Counted from the whole stretch's first letter, positions 50,984-63,650 are shown. The stretch: 63,978 nucleotides of DNA, filler included, from Octopus bimaculoides (GCF_001194135.2; 5 parts of 4 records of this genome joined end to end with filler, not necessarily neighbours in it), one strand, 5' to 3'. The notes: generated from the letters alone by a model not told the origin. Made by a program: numbers and translations.

Positions 50984-51511
50984 NNNNNNNNNNNNNNNNN
51001 NNNNNNNNNNNNNNNNNNNNNNNNNNNNNNNNNNNNNNNNNNNNNNNNNNNNNNNNNNNNNNNNNNNNNNNNNNNNNNNNNNNNNNNNNNNNNNNNNNNN
51101 NNNNNNNNNNNNNNNNNNNNNNNNNNNNNNNNNNNNNNNNNNNNNNNNNNNNNNNNNNNNNNNNNNNNNNNNNNNNNNNNNNNNNNNNNNNNNNNNNNNN
51201 NNNNNNNNNNNNNNNNNNNNNNNNNNNNNNNNNNNNNNNNNNNNNNNNNNNNNNNNNNNNNNNNNNNNNNNNNNNNNNNNNNNNNNNNNNNNNNNNNNNN
51301 NNNNNNNNNNNNNNNNNNNNNNNNNNNNNNNNNNNNNNNNNNNNNNNNNNNNNNNNNNNNNNNNNNNNNNNNNNNNNNNNNNNNNNNNNNNNNNNNNNNN
51401 NNNNNNNNNNNNNNNNNNNNNNNNNNNNNNNNNNNNNNNNNNNNNNNNNNNNNNNNNNNNNNNNNNNNNNNNNNNNNNNNNNNNNNNNNNNNNNNNNNNN
51501 NNNNNNNNNNN

Positions 51512-51579
<68 letters not shown>

Positions 51580-52109
51580 GGAAATATGTTGCAAATAAAT
51601 GAGAGAAGAAAAATATTCATATTAATTGATTGTAATGCCTCATTATCTTCATCGTAACAATTTAAGTTACAGCTACTTTGAATTGTGGTAAACAAATTAT
51701 TTTTAGCTCTGTAGTCCATCTTGTAGACAGTAAACTTCGTACGTAAGTGACTACTAGAGGGAGAAAGAGTAGGAGAGTCTAGACGAGTAGTGAGGGTTGT
51801 AGTAAGTTGACAGGCCACACTTGAAGTGAGAAACATGTTCTTTGACCAAGGGCAGAGTGACCAAAGGAAAACTGATTTGGGGTTGTATAGTTATATTTTG
51901 CCAAACTAAATTAGGTCAGATTAGACAAAGTATTTTCTGTCTCTGATCTGCCTGAACACTATTTAACACAAGAATGCTAATTTAAACAATAGAACCTAAC
52001 TGTGATGGTTGACCTCATAAATTTCCTAGTGCAAAAGACGACAACAAATTGAAAGAGAACTTGTAAGAAAATGTAGATTCGGCTTCGAATCCTGGCTAAG
52101 TGTTGGTTT

Positions 52110-53500
52110 AGTGGCTATTACCAGTGATAATGGTGAACCCATAGCTAAACCCTCCTCTTGTCGATATATATCAGTGTCCATACTGAAGTAGGTAGTTTCT
52201 ACACAAAAGGGCAACATTTCCATCAAGTTTCTTGTTGGTATTCAAGTGCGTTCTTTTAGATGGGTGTCTGTCACTAGTTTTTCTTGTATCACCGATAGTG
52301 CTTCACCAGTTGGGACTTTGGTGAATAGACTTATCACATCTAGACTCACCGTCTGGTTGGATTCAATGGCGGATCCTTGATCAATTCTGTGAAGTGGGTG
52401 GAATTCTTCACATACGATGTTGATTTTCCTGCTAATGGACTGATTATAACCACAAAGAAGCGGCTCAGTGGATGACATGCTGAACCTCTACAGCTCACTA
52501 TAGGTCTTAATGGAATACCATCCTTGTGAATCTTAGGGAGACCGTACATGTGTCGTAGTTTATTGTGGTGTTGAATCAGTTGTCTGTACTTCATTGGTGT
52601 AAAGTGATCCTTGTTCTTGATCAAGATCTGTGACAACTTCCTCTCTGTTTTCAGAGTTGGGTCTTTCTTTACTTTGCTGTAGCTACCATCACTTATAAGA
52701 CTTGTCAATTTTTCAGAGTAGTCAGACTTGTTCATCACCACTGTAGCATTTCCCTTGTCTGCTGGAAGTATTATGATGGAATTGTCACTCTGTAGTCTTC
52801 TGTTAGCGAACTTTTCTTCCTTAGTGATGTTTGGTTTAGGAGGTTTCACTTTTTCTAGTACCTGTCTCACTTTCCACCTCTCATTGAGCTTTTGGTATCT
52901 TTATGGCTATCTCTTCAACAGGGGCTATTATGTCCAAGTATGGAATACGCTTGATGGTTGTCGCAAAGTTGAGACCTTTGTTCAGTACTGCTTCTTCAGA
53001 GCTTTCTAGATGTCGGCTACTTACATTAATTATTGCTTTCACAGGTGGGTGACGGATTTCAGTCTTCATTCTCTGACCTTTGAGCTTCATAAACTTCTTA
53101 ATCTGGCGTGTCTTCACCATTTGAAATTCTTTCATGCACGACTTTTCCAGATCTTGTTGGATTCTCTTTATATCATCATCTCTGGTTATTTTCCTAAGTA
53201 ATGAAGATAACCTCTCTTTGATTTCGTTATCTAGTTGATGTTTTTTCCAACGGTTGTAATGGATCCTCTCATGGATGAGGGCATGTCCTGCTCTTTCCAC
53301 TACTCTTTTAGCTTTATGTGAATCGACTGGTGTCATTATATTCAGGCCAGGTGGTACTAGCTTTGAGTCTCTACATCTACATAAGAAAGTAAGATGGTTT
53401 GAAAGACGAGCTAGTTTCTCTATATGTCTTCATTGAAGTCTAATGTCGACTCCGTACCGATTAGATAATACAGTTCTATATTTAAGAGATGAAGAATTAT
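52110..53500 (-). mobile_element. Penelope-like element (PLE): ORF N-terminus to RT motif B, frameshifted, 3' part missing
   Basis: KLARLSNHLTFLCRCRD, VLNKGLNFA, ILPADKGNATVVM, MYGLPKIHKDGIPLRPIVS, SLDVISLFTKVP, QEEGLAMGSPLS. No YxDD or GIY-YIG seen. Confidence 0.9.
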
Positions 53501-53563
53501 GTACATTATTTACATTCGACGGATAAGCTAAGTTTGTCTGAACATGGGGTTGATAGTGGGTTC

Positions 53564-53609
53564 TTGCCACTGATGACGTTCATGGAAGCAGAAAATATCG
53601 ATTTAGCAA
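53564..53609 (+). ncRNA. Degenerate hammerhead-like motif at the PLE 5' end, antisense to its ORF
   Basis: TTGCCA-CTGATGA-CGTTCATGGAAGCA-GAAA-ATATCGATT-TAGCAA; stem I 5/6 bp; ATCGAT palindrome at the stem III position. Confidence 0.45.
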
Positions 53610-53741
53610 TTTTCCCGCCGCTGCAGCACACTTTCCGTCTGCTACTGATAACCTTTATAGCCCTATACGTCTATACGATATGCTGTCTCGAGACAAAGGC
53701 TGGAGTTCTTTTATGGCTTTCTCCAATGTATCCACGTTAAG

Positions 53742-56700
53742 TACTCTGGGATCTTGAATAATCGTCTCCCANNNNNNNNNNNNNNNNNNNNNNNNNNNNN
53801 NNNNNNNNNNNNNNNNNNNNNNNNNNNNNNNNNNNNNNNNNNNNNNNNNNNNNNNNNNNNNNNNNNNNNNNNNNNNNNNNNNNNNNNNNNGTCTCGTGCG
53901 AAATTTTATTGTAAGCTATTCATATCGATACAACAGCTGGAGAATCTAATAGTAATTTTATTTTACGTTAAAAACATATATATGTGACAAAAAAAAAAAG
54001 AACATTACAAGTAATACCATATGTTACAAAATAATTAGGATATATAAACTAAATAACTAATTCTAGTTTTGGAAAATAATCAAGGGTGACAGCCTAGAAA
54101 ATTTTAAATAATGATTTCTCATTTAGCCACAAGGCTAACAATTTGTGGGGAGGGACAAGTGGATTAAAATGCTTTATTTTATCGATCCGTAGGTATGAAA
54201 GGTAAAGCTAACCTCAGCGGGATTGAACTCAGAACGTAATGGGCCATAACTCTATGCTGCAAGGCACGTTGCCTGACTCTTAGGCACAAGGCCAGTAATT
54301 TAAAGGGAAGTGTAAGTCGATTAAACCGACTCCCGTTACCAGTACAAAACAACAAACTCTAGGGAATTCCTTTGTCAGCATGACACCCCACTCCCACCAC
54401 AAAAAAAAAAGATGACAGGAATGGGGAAGAATACTTGGAGTGCTCTATTTGTTTTCATAATGAATGGAAGAAAAATATTTATCCACAGTTGCCAACGTTC
54501 ATGCGGGTGAGCCTTCAACATTTTAGGGCATTGATAACCTTCAGCCCTTAGAAGATCAATCATTTCGTGACACAACACATCTGCTTCAGGACACATAGAG
54601 AACAAGGAAATGTTAGATGTTAGAACAACGCTGCATGCGAGATTGCCACAAGCTGTTTCCCTATTACAGGCTGAGAAATTTTATGAGAAATAGATTTGCC
54701 AAAACACCCAGACACACCAACTGAGGAAAAGCTTTGTTTTTAAAAAACAAAAAAACTGGATAAAAGGTTGGCAAAATGAGTATGGGGAATCAATGAAATT
54801 TCCAAACAAACGCAGTTCAATCTCCAAAGAGCAATGTGTTGAGCTCATTCAGAAATAATTGAAAAACATATGGTGTGTGCGTCGTTATTTTCTTGACAAA
54901 TATGGCGTAGTTCCTCCTAATTATCAATGGAGATCAAATGCCCTTGCATTTTATGACAGAAATCAAGATACGTTCGTCATAGAAAACCACCATCTGTCTA
55001 GGGAACGTATCACAGTGGTCATCCAGGTTAGCAATGATAACAAAATCAATCTTACCCCAGAGTTTGTATTTAAAGGAACTGGGAAAAAACTACCACTACT
55101 GAATGCCCTGCCTACAATGAAATATCAATGGTCTCCTAAAGGTTCTTATAGATTAGAACAGCTACTCTGTGCTATTGAAAACCTTCCAGACCGATTCAAT
55201 ATGTTTTCACAGGCAAACGTTGCCATTTATGTGTTCGGTGATTACATGGTGCATTTGATGCCAGAAGTGAGAGACACCCTCTGAAAAAGGGGTTATGTGC
55301 TAGTCATCATCGGCGGTGGTGTCCCCGGATTTGCTTAAATTAACGACTCGCACTTGCACAAACAACTGAAAGCAAAATATCGCGAAATAGAGAAGGCAAA
55401 TATGTTAGAAAAGTTAGCTCAGACTCCGAATAAAATACCCACGCCCAATTGATCGGAGATGATGCAGATGTTGCATCAAGCACATGCAAATTGCAAGCTG
55501 CTTTCAAGTCCACGTGGGCCACAAACGCTTTCGATGGCTCTGAAGATTACAAGGTGCCAGACCGAATCATGCACCTCGTCGTTCCGTTGATGTGATAGTT
55601 TCGTCTAGAGATAATGTAAAAACCCTACCCAAATACTATTCAGAGAGTCATTAAGAACTTAATTCCATCGAAAGGGGTCAAGCGTGCAAACAATATTGAA
55701 GGCTCAGAACCGTTTGATGGCATTGAGGAAAAAGTTGCCGAAAGTGAGTCGGAAGATAAAAGCGAGCCATCTGGGAATTTTTTGGAGGTGATTGACCCGT
55801 CTAAAGAAATCCCCATGGAGGTTTTGTAGGAGCCAAAGCACAGTCAGCCAAACATGATGACGGGAAGCTCTATCTCTATTGTAGGAAGCAGCAGTGATGA
55901 TCAGGTTCATAAAGATGCCCTGTTCCTTGAAAAAATGTAGAGATGTTGGATGAGAACAACACCTCTACATTTTTCTTGCCATATCAAAGCAAATTCATGT
56001 CAACTGTCAGTGAAGCTCAGCGATCCGTAAAAGAGCGAATATCGAAACCGAGAAGCCTGCAGAAGGACAATGACGAGAAATCATGAGTCAATCATTTATA
56101 CCTATTTACGAACTGCTATATTTTCTTATGTATAGTATAATAAATACAAGTTCACGAAACGGTAATTATACTCTTTTCATTTTATTTTACTCGACTTTCT
56201 TTTTATGACGTGTTGCTTGTATCGAAATCTGTTTAGTCCACAGCATATTTAAAAAAATCCCATAATTATCATAATTAACAAATGTCTTATCTTTATTATC
56301 CAAATATATATCTTAACTAAATTGTACGTTTGAAGCACACGTATGTGCTAATTTCACTTGCCTCTTGTTAAATTATTTTGCCACGTATCGTTATATGTGC
56401 TTTAAGGTGCTTTTTTCCTAATTTTCGAACATACACCATTCAGTCATTGATTCCCACCCACCCCCGTTTATTCCAACCCACCCGCTTTTGTGAATTTAAG
56501 CAAATGTCCAACTCACCCGTTTATTCCAGACTCTCCCTATTATTTGAGACCCGAGAGTAAATAACTGGTTTAAAAAAATATCAAGCAAGACAATCTACAA
56601 AATTTTAAAATTTTATACTGTTATCACTATACAATTACCGATTTTCCACCCCACCCCCGTTTATTCCAAACCATCTGCTTATAAGAATTTAAGCAAATGT

Positions 56701-56751
56701 CCAACCCACCTACTTATTCCACCATCCACTGTTATTTGGGACCCGAGAGTA
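53742..56751 (+). mobile_element. pogo-like (DDE_1) DNA transposon, decayed, with duplicated right end
   Basis: Transposase remnant ~54780-55560 (INGDQMPL, PEFVFKGTG, QWSPKGSY, VLVIIGGGVPGFA*INDSHLHKQLKAKYRE). Left terminus TACTCTGGGATCTTGAATAATCG matches the reverse of right termini ending 56559 and 56751 (18/23 for the first). Confidence 0.75.
54140..54345 (-). mobile_element. SINE-1 degenerate fragments nested in the pogo-like element
   Basis: ATGAAAGGTAAAGCTAACCTCAGCGGGATTGAACTCAGAACGTAA and TAGGCACAAGGCC. Confidence 0.65.
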
Positions 56752-57177
56752 AGATATGTAGAATGCAATTCATTGTTATTTTTATCTTAATACAACCATA
56801 TTTAATTTCCTACAAGCTAATTAAGATGCGTAAATGAAATATCTCAAGTTCTATAAGTAGCACAAATTTGGTATTATGCTAATGTTTGCATTAAGCTGAC
56901 TCGTTTATAAAAAACGAGCTCAATATCTAATTAAAATGCAAATTAGCTAATTATGCATTCAAATCTCAAATATGCAAATTAGGCACAATCGTGCTTCAAA
57001 ATTTCAACTGGGTAACATTTCTCAATAAATCTGTTGCATGTTCTACCGAGTTTGAAATGAATTCTATTGTATCCGCAAATAGTAACGTTTTGTTGTAATA
57101 AAAGATGTACAAAAAGTACTGCAGCTAACTTCTTTCTGCCATTTCTGTGGGTGTTATACGAATTGTATACAAAATAT

Positions 57178-57676
57178 GGCTATGTCGTTAAGAAGTTCGT
57201 TTTGCAAACCCGTTGTCTCAGGTTCAGTCTCAATGCAAGTCAACTTGGGCAAGTGTCTTCTACTATAGCTCTGGGTTTCAGTCTCAAATCACCTCGTTCC
57301 TCCGGGTTCAGGCAATTCCTATAAGCAAACACTTGACAGTCCGCATCCCCTCAATCACACCTCTCAATCTTCGATAACGATGCCGATTACGACGTCAGGC
57401 CTCGAACGTTAGCAACAGCAGACTTCTCGCTGCAGGAAAAATTTATGTTTTTCCACGTTTCATGGCGCTGACTAAGTATTTCAAGCAGTTTATCTGGGTG
57501 AGCTGGTCTTTCACACGCTGACCTCCATTCCTTGGCTATCATCGAACACTGTAATTGCTCACCTACCGCAAGGGAGTCCCTTGGGCCCCCTTTGTCGACC
57601 CCTGGACTAAATCCTTCAAAGTGAGTGCCCCAGGATGGCCGCAGTCAAATGACTGAAATAAGTAAACGATAAAAGA
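57178..57676 (+). mobile_element. SINE-2 head (57178-57275) and tail (57603-57676) bracketing ~325 bp of unrelated sequence
   Basis: CTTGGGCAAGTGTCTTCTACTATAGC and GTGCCCCAGGATGGCCGCAGTCAAATGACTGAAATAAGTAAA, same orientation. Confidence 0.7.
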
Positions 57677-58177
57677 TATAACATAGAAAGACACTATTCG
57701 GCCCGTTACCGTAACTCAGGAACATTGCATGTCGCATAGCGGATAATTTGCAGTCTTGGGTGTGTTTTTCAGTATGGAAAATTAGGTACATTTTGTTTCT
57801 GGGATCACTCAAAAACTGACCAAAAGAACGAAGTTGTAACGGTTAGATGTAACAAGAAGGGTCACCAAATGTAACAGTATAAGGGTAGTTGCTGATGGTG
57901 GCATAAGCAAGATGAGTTGCAAGTCAGAGAAGACGTTGCGTGTTGCGTTGTTAAAGAAACAATTAAGTTGAGAGATGTGTGACGTGTAAAAAATTTTATT
58001 GAACCGTTACGATGTTTTGCAACTGTTACAAGTTCTTAGTTTTGACAGAGAATTTCTCATCAGTGCTTGTAGAGGTCTGTTACTTTGTTGAGAGTGTGTG
58101 TGTGTGGGAGGGAAGTAAAGCATGCAAAACTCGTGCGAAGTTGCCAGTGTGTATGTGATAATAAATAAATGCGCCCT

Positions 58178-58414
58178 TTTAAAGCCTAGCTAGGCTCATG
58201 GGCCCGGTTTCCCGGTCTCAATGGCGTATGTGTTCCCCAGCTGGACGGGACGCCAGTCCATCGCAGCGTTACTCATTTTTGCCAGCTGGAGTGGACTGGA
58301 GCAACGTGAAATGAAGTGTTTTGCTCAAGAACACAACGCATCGCCCGGTCCAGGAATCGAAACCACAATCTTACGATCATGATGCTGACACCCTAACCAC
58401 TAAGCCACACGTCT
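58178..58414 (-). mobile_element. SINE-3-type head with a different 3' half
   Basis: Minus GTGTGGCTTAGTGGTTAGGGTG...GGTTTCGATTCC...TTGAGCAAAACACTTCATTTCACGTTGCTCCAGTCCAC, then GGACTGGCGTCCCGTCCAG...GGGCCCATGAGCC, absent from the other SINE-3 copies. Confidence 0.85.
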
Positions 58415-58514
58415 NNNNNNNNNNNNNNNNNNNNNNNNNNNNNNNNNNNNNNNNNNNNTTAATTAATTAANNNNNNNNNNNNNNNNNNNNNNNNNNNNNN
58501 NNNNNNNNNNNNNN
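58415..58514. other. Artificial scaffold join with TTAATTAATTAA linker
   Basis: 44 N + linker + 44 N. Confidence 0.9.
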
Positions 58515-58563
<49 letters not shown>

Positions 58564-58940
58564 TCAACCAGAATAAGAGAAAGCGATGACAAAACTTAAA
58601 GAGCTTGACGTTTCCTAAATCTGACCTCCATTTTCTGGTCAAATAACGACATAGGCACAAGGCCACTAAAAGTGGGCTCAGGGAACCCACCAAGTGCTTC
58701 TTCACTGCTGCTTTAGTAATTCTAACTCAATAAATAATAAATAGCTGATTACGGAGAGATTGCCACCTTAAACATCGTAATTTTCCCTCTTTCATAATCA
58801 TTCTATCTTTCTTAGTGTTTTACCAATGATAACAGCATATAATCAGAATTGAACACCAACCAAGAAGAATCAGGCAATGAAAATAAAAGGAAAAACCATA
58901 TAAAAATTAAAATCTAATTTCCAAATCTATAATCAGCGAA

Positions 58941-59007
<67 letters not shown>

Positions 59008-59676
59008 TTATTAATGCATTATAGGAATCTCTATATTTTAANNNNNNNNNNNNNNNNNNNNNNNNNNNNNNNNNNNNNNNNNNNNNNNNNNNNNNNNNNN
59101 NNNNNNNNNNNNNNNNNNNNNNNNNNNNNNNNNNNNNNNNNNNNNNNNNNNNNNNNNNNNNNNNNNNNNNNNNNNNNNNNNNNNNNNNNNNNNNNNNNNN
59201 NNNNNNNNNNNNNNNNNNNNNNNNNNNNNNNNNNNNNNNNNNNNNNNNNNNNNNNNNNNNNNNNNNNNNNNNNNNNNNNNNNNNNNNNNNNNNNNNNNNN
59301 NNNNNNNNNNNNNNNNNNNNNNNNNNNNNNNNNNNNNNNNNNNNNNNNNNNNNNNNNNNNNNNNNNNNNNNNNNNNNNNNNNNNNNNNNNNNNNNNNNNN
59401 NNNNNNNNNNNNNNNNNNNNNNNNNNNNNNNNNNNNNNNNNNNNNNNNNNNNNNNNNNNNNNNNNNNNNNNNNNNNNNNNNNNNNNNNNNNNNNNNNNNN
59501 NNNNNNNNNNNNNNNNNNNNNNNNNNNNNNNNNNNNNNNNNNNNNNNNNNNNNNNNNNNNNNNNNNNNNNNNNNNNNNNNNNNNNNNNNNNNNNNNNNNN
59601 NNNNNNNNNNNNNNNNNNNNNNNNNNNNNNNNNNNNNNNNNNNNNNNNNNNNNNNNNNNNNNNNNNNNNNNNNNNN

Positions 59677-59713
<37 letters not shown>

Positions 59714-59730
59714 TGTGTGTGTGTGTATAG

Positions 59731-60007
59731 AAGCTGAAGGAAGGCACCATATGTCCTATCCATAAAGGTGGAAGTAGAGCAGAGGCTGGGAACTACAGGC
59801 CCATCTCTCTGACTTCCCATATTAGCAAAGTCATGGAACGAATTATCAGAAGGAGGTTGATTGCGTTCCTAGAAGAAAATAACTTTCTGAATGAGACCTA
59901 GCATGGCTTCCGTCCAGGTAGAAGCTGCCTCACGCAGCTCCTGCAGCATTATGACTGGGTCCTGAAGCAGCTACCTGACCATTCAAATGTTGATGTGATA
60001 TATCTCT
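59731..60007 (+). mobile_element. CR1-like LINE RT N-terminal fragment
   Basis: KLKEGTICPIHKGGSRAEAGNYRPISLTSHISKVMERII...NET*HGFRPGRSCLTQLLQHYD...NVDVIYL. Confidence 0.9.
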
Positions 60008-60513
60008 AAATGGTGAAACCTGTTTAGTAGTCCTGCAGATTACCTTGAGGATTATGCCATAATTCAACAAATAAACTTTTCCCAGCAGCATGCAGCTCCA
60101 GCACACTTTGCTAATTGCGTAACTGCTTAAAGCACATCTTTCCTAACACATGGATTGGATGGAGTGGTTCTCTGCAGTGGCCACTCCGATCCCCAAATCA
60201 TACTGACCTTCACTATTTCCTTTGGGGACATCTCAAATCTGGTGTGTACCAAAATCATCCACGCAGTCTCAAAGATTTGAAGGATGCCATAACAAATGAA
60301 TGCCAAAATCTCACCCCTTCCACTCTCGGGAGTGTGAAGGACAGTTTCATAAAGACAATTGGTGCATGATATCTTGCAAAGGGTGGACAATTTGAGCATT
60401 TGTGACAAATTTCACTGAATTTGTTGTGACAAATTTCACCAAAGTGTTTTTGAAATCATAAAAAGTGTATTTTTTAAAAAACCAGAATGGTGCAAGATGT
60501 CTTGGACACTGTA
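60008..60513 (+). mobile_element. Tc1/mariner transposase C-terminal fragment with right terminus
   Basis: QQHAAPAHF (FQQDGAPAH-like), WIGWSGSLQWPLRSPNHTDLHYFLWGHLKSGVY; ends ...GGACACTG-TA. Confidence 0.8.
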
Positions 60514-60789
60514 CGCGCGTGCGTGCGTGCGTGCGTGTAAGAAGTTAAAGAAGGAGAGTGAACACACTTTATGTAGTTTTAATATAATTTTTTATATATT
60601 TGTATTGTGTTTGTCAACCGGTTTCACTTTTGCCATTCATGACATGAAAATTTATTTAAATACGTATTTTCTTATGAAATCTTTTGGCCCACATTGTGCG
60701 TGAAATTTATAAGTGAATGAGTAGGAAACTAAGGGGAGGTAATCGATTGTTATTGTGGGCGGAAGATAACTATTCAGCTTTTGGTAGGG

Positions 60790-60833
<44 letters not shown>

Positions 60834-61689
60834 NNNNNNNNNNNNNNNNNNNNNNNNNNNNNNNNNNNNNNNNNNNNNNNNNNNNNNNNNNNNNNNNNNN
60901 NNNNNNNNNNNNNNNNNNNNNNNNNNNNNNNNNNNNNNNNNNNNNNNNNNNNNNNNNNNNNNNNNNNNNNNNNNNNNNNNNNNNNNNNNNNNNNNNNNNN
61001 NNNNNNNNNNNNNNNNNNNNNNNNNNNNNNNNNNNNNNNNNNNNNNNNNNNNNNNNNNNNNNNNNNNNNNNNNNNNNNNNNNNNNNNNNNNNNNNNNNNN
61101 NNNNNNNNNNNNNNNNNNNNNNNNNNNNNNNNNNNNNNNNNNNNNNNNNNNNNNNNNNNNNNNNNNNNNNNNNNNNNNNNNNNNNNNNNNNNNNNNNNNN
61201 NNNNNNNNNNNNNNNNNNNNNNNNNNNNNNNNNNNNNNNNNNNNNNNNNNNNNNNNNNNNNNNNNNNNNNNNNNNNNNNNNNNNNNNNNNNNNNNNNNNN
61301 NNNNNNNNNNNNNNNNNNNNNNNNNNNNNNNNNNNNNNNNNNNNNNNNNNNNNNNNNNNNNNNNNNNNNNNNNNNNNNNNNNNNNNNNNNNNNNNNNNNN
61401 NNNNNNNNNNNNNNNNNNNNNNNNNNNNNNNNNNNNNNNNNNNNNNNNNNNNNNNNNNNNNNNNNNNNNNNNNNNNNNNNNNNNNNNNNNNNNNATGTAT
61501 GTGTATGCGTGTATGTGTATATGTGCATGCGTATATGTGCATGCATGTGTATGTATGTGTGCGTATGTGTATGTATGTATTATGTGTGTATGTGAAGGTA
61601 TGTCAATGTATATGTATGTGGATGTATGTGTGTGGATGTATGTGTGTGGGCATCTATGACATTTGTAATGTCAAGTCCTTTCTTGGATC

Positions 61690-62637
61690 AGAATGCTACA
61701 GTCTGGTGCAAGCAAAGTTCTGGATAAGGATTAGAGTGAAAAGAGAGAAGAGGGCCAGTCAGCACACCTCAGCATCTGAATGTCCACAAAATATCTGATG
61801 CTGTGTTGAGGAAAGAGCTTCAGACTCGCTTGTCCAGCATTGAAAATACTACAGCATGGGAAGATTTTCGAGACCAGGCTCTTCTAAGTGCTGCTGAAAC
61901 ACTGGGATAGGCTACTGCCAGACACAGATAACTGGTTTGATGAAAATGATGGTTCAGCGACAATTGGTGGTAAAGCGCCATGCCCACAATGTATTACTAC
62001 ACAGAGGACTTTCAGCTGTGCAGCGAAATCTAGCACTTACCCACTATAGCAGTGTAAAAATCACTACTGCAGCGATCTCTCAGGAAGATGCAGAACACTT
62101 GGTAGGAGGATCTTGCTCATGATGTTCAGGCTGCTGCTGATGCAGATGACAGCAAGAAGCTTTACTATCTTATGAAGCAAGTTTATGGGCCTAAGAGCTC
62201 TACATCAGCTCCTTTGCTTTCCAAGGAGTCTTCTGCTCTGTTTACTAAATCAACAGAAATCACAGGTCGCCGGATCGAACACTTTTCTGAACTCCTAAAC
62301 CATGTGTCAGTTGTGGATGAAATAGTGATTGATATTATGCAACAAAGACCTATCATAGGCTCCTTAGACTCTTCGCCCTCAATAGATGAAGTAATGACAT
62401 CAATAAGTAAATTGAATCTTGGTAAGGCTCCTGGGAAGGATGGAATTTGTGCTGAGGTCTTGCAATTTGGTGGTAATTACATCACACAGTCCCTTCATGA
62501 ACTTATTAGTGCAGTCTGGAGGGATGGTGCAATCCCTAAGGACTGGAAGGATGCAATTATTCTTCCTCTATATAAAGGAAAAAAGCTAGAACAATGTGCG
62601 GTAACTACAGAGGCATTGCTCTACTATCAGCTGCTGG
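61690..62637 (+). mobile_element. RTE-clade (BovB-like) LINE fragment: EN-RT linker and RT start
   Basis: NWFDEND, YGPKSSTSAPLLS, EHFSELLN, KAPGKDGICAEVLQFGG, IPKDWKDAIILPLYKG, NYRGIALLSAA; truncated at a scaffold join. Confidence 0.85.
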
Positions 62638-62737
62638 NNNNNNNNNNNNNNNNNNNNNNNNNNNNNNNNNNNNNNNNNNNNTTAATTAATTAANNNNNNN
62701 NNNNNNNNNNNNNNNNNNNNNNNNNNNNNNNNNNNNN
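62638..62737. other. Artificial scaffold join with TTAATTAATTAA linker
   Basis: 44 N + linker + 44 N. Confidence 0.9.
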
Positions 62738-62749
62738 AAGAAGAGAAGA

Positions 62750-63006
62750 AGATATTGACTGCGGCCATGCTGGAGCACCGCCTTTAGCAGAACAAATCGG
62801 CCTGAGGACTTATTTTTTGTAAGCTTGGTAATCATTCTCTGGGTCACTTTTGCCGAACCACTAAGTTTACGGCGACTTAAACACACCAGCATCGGTTGTC
62901 AACCGNNNNNNNNNNNNNNNNNNNNNNNNNNNNNNNNNNNNNNNNNNNNNNNNNNNNNNNNNNNNNNNNNNNNNNNNNNNNNNNNNNNNNNNNNNNNNNN
63001 NNNNNN

Positions 63007-63037
<31 letters not shown>

Positions 63038-63200
63038 GACGGGTTTCTTTCAGTTTACGTGTACCAAATTCACTCACGAAGATTTGGTCGGCCCGAGGCT
63101 ATAGCAGAATACAATTGCTCAAGGTGCCACGCAGTGGGACTGGAACCAGAATCATGTTGTTGGTAAGCAAGCTACTTACGACACAGCCACTCCTACGCTT
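62750..63200 (-). mobile_element. SINE-2 near full length with a gap across its internal microsatellite
   Basis: Tail/middle 62750-62905, gap 62906-63006, (TA)n, head 63036-63200. Confidence 0.9.
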
Positions 63201-63404
63201 GTCTATATAATTGTTATTCATCAGAAAGTAGGAGGTTCATTCTAACACAATGTCAAAGAGAATTTTGTTCTTCACACCGAGCAAGGGGATGACTCGAAAT
63301 AGTTTGATAAACTCGTCCCTCTCCTCCTAGGAAGGTGTGTTAGACTGATCTTTTCAATCACTTCCGCTTCCTTGGACTATTTCCTGATTTCTAACATAAG
63401 CACG

Positions 63405-63650
63405 TGGAGGGGCATAATCGATTATATCGACTTTGGAATGCGACTGAGGTGTTATTTTATAATCTGTAGATGGATGAAAGATGAAACAAACTTGAGCAGG
63501 TTTAAATTCAAAATTTTATGTCAACAGCGAAAAGATGAAATGTGGAGGTGACCCCGGGAGAATTTGAACTCCGGAAGTACAGACAGATTAAATGATGTTA
63601 AGCATTTTGTCCGGCGTGTTAACGATTCTGCTAGTTGACCGCCTTTCTGA
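63405..63650 (-). mobile_element. SINE-1 degenerate copy with internal duplication
   Basis: GAATTTGAACTCCGGAAGT...AAGCATTTTGTCCGGCGTGTTAACGATTCTGCTAGTTGACCGCCT. Confidence 0.7.
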
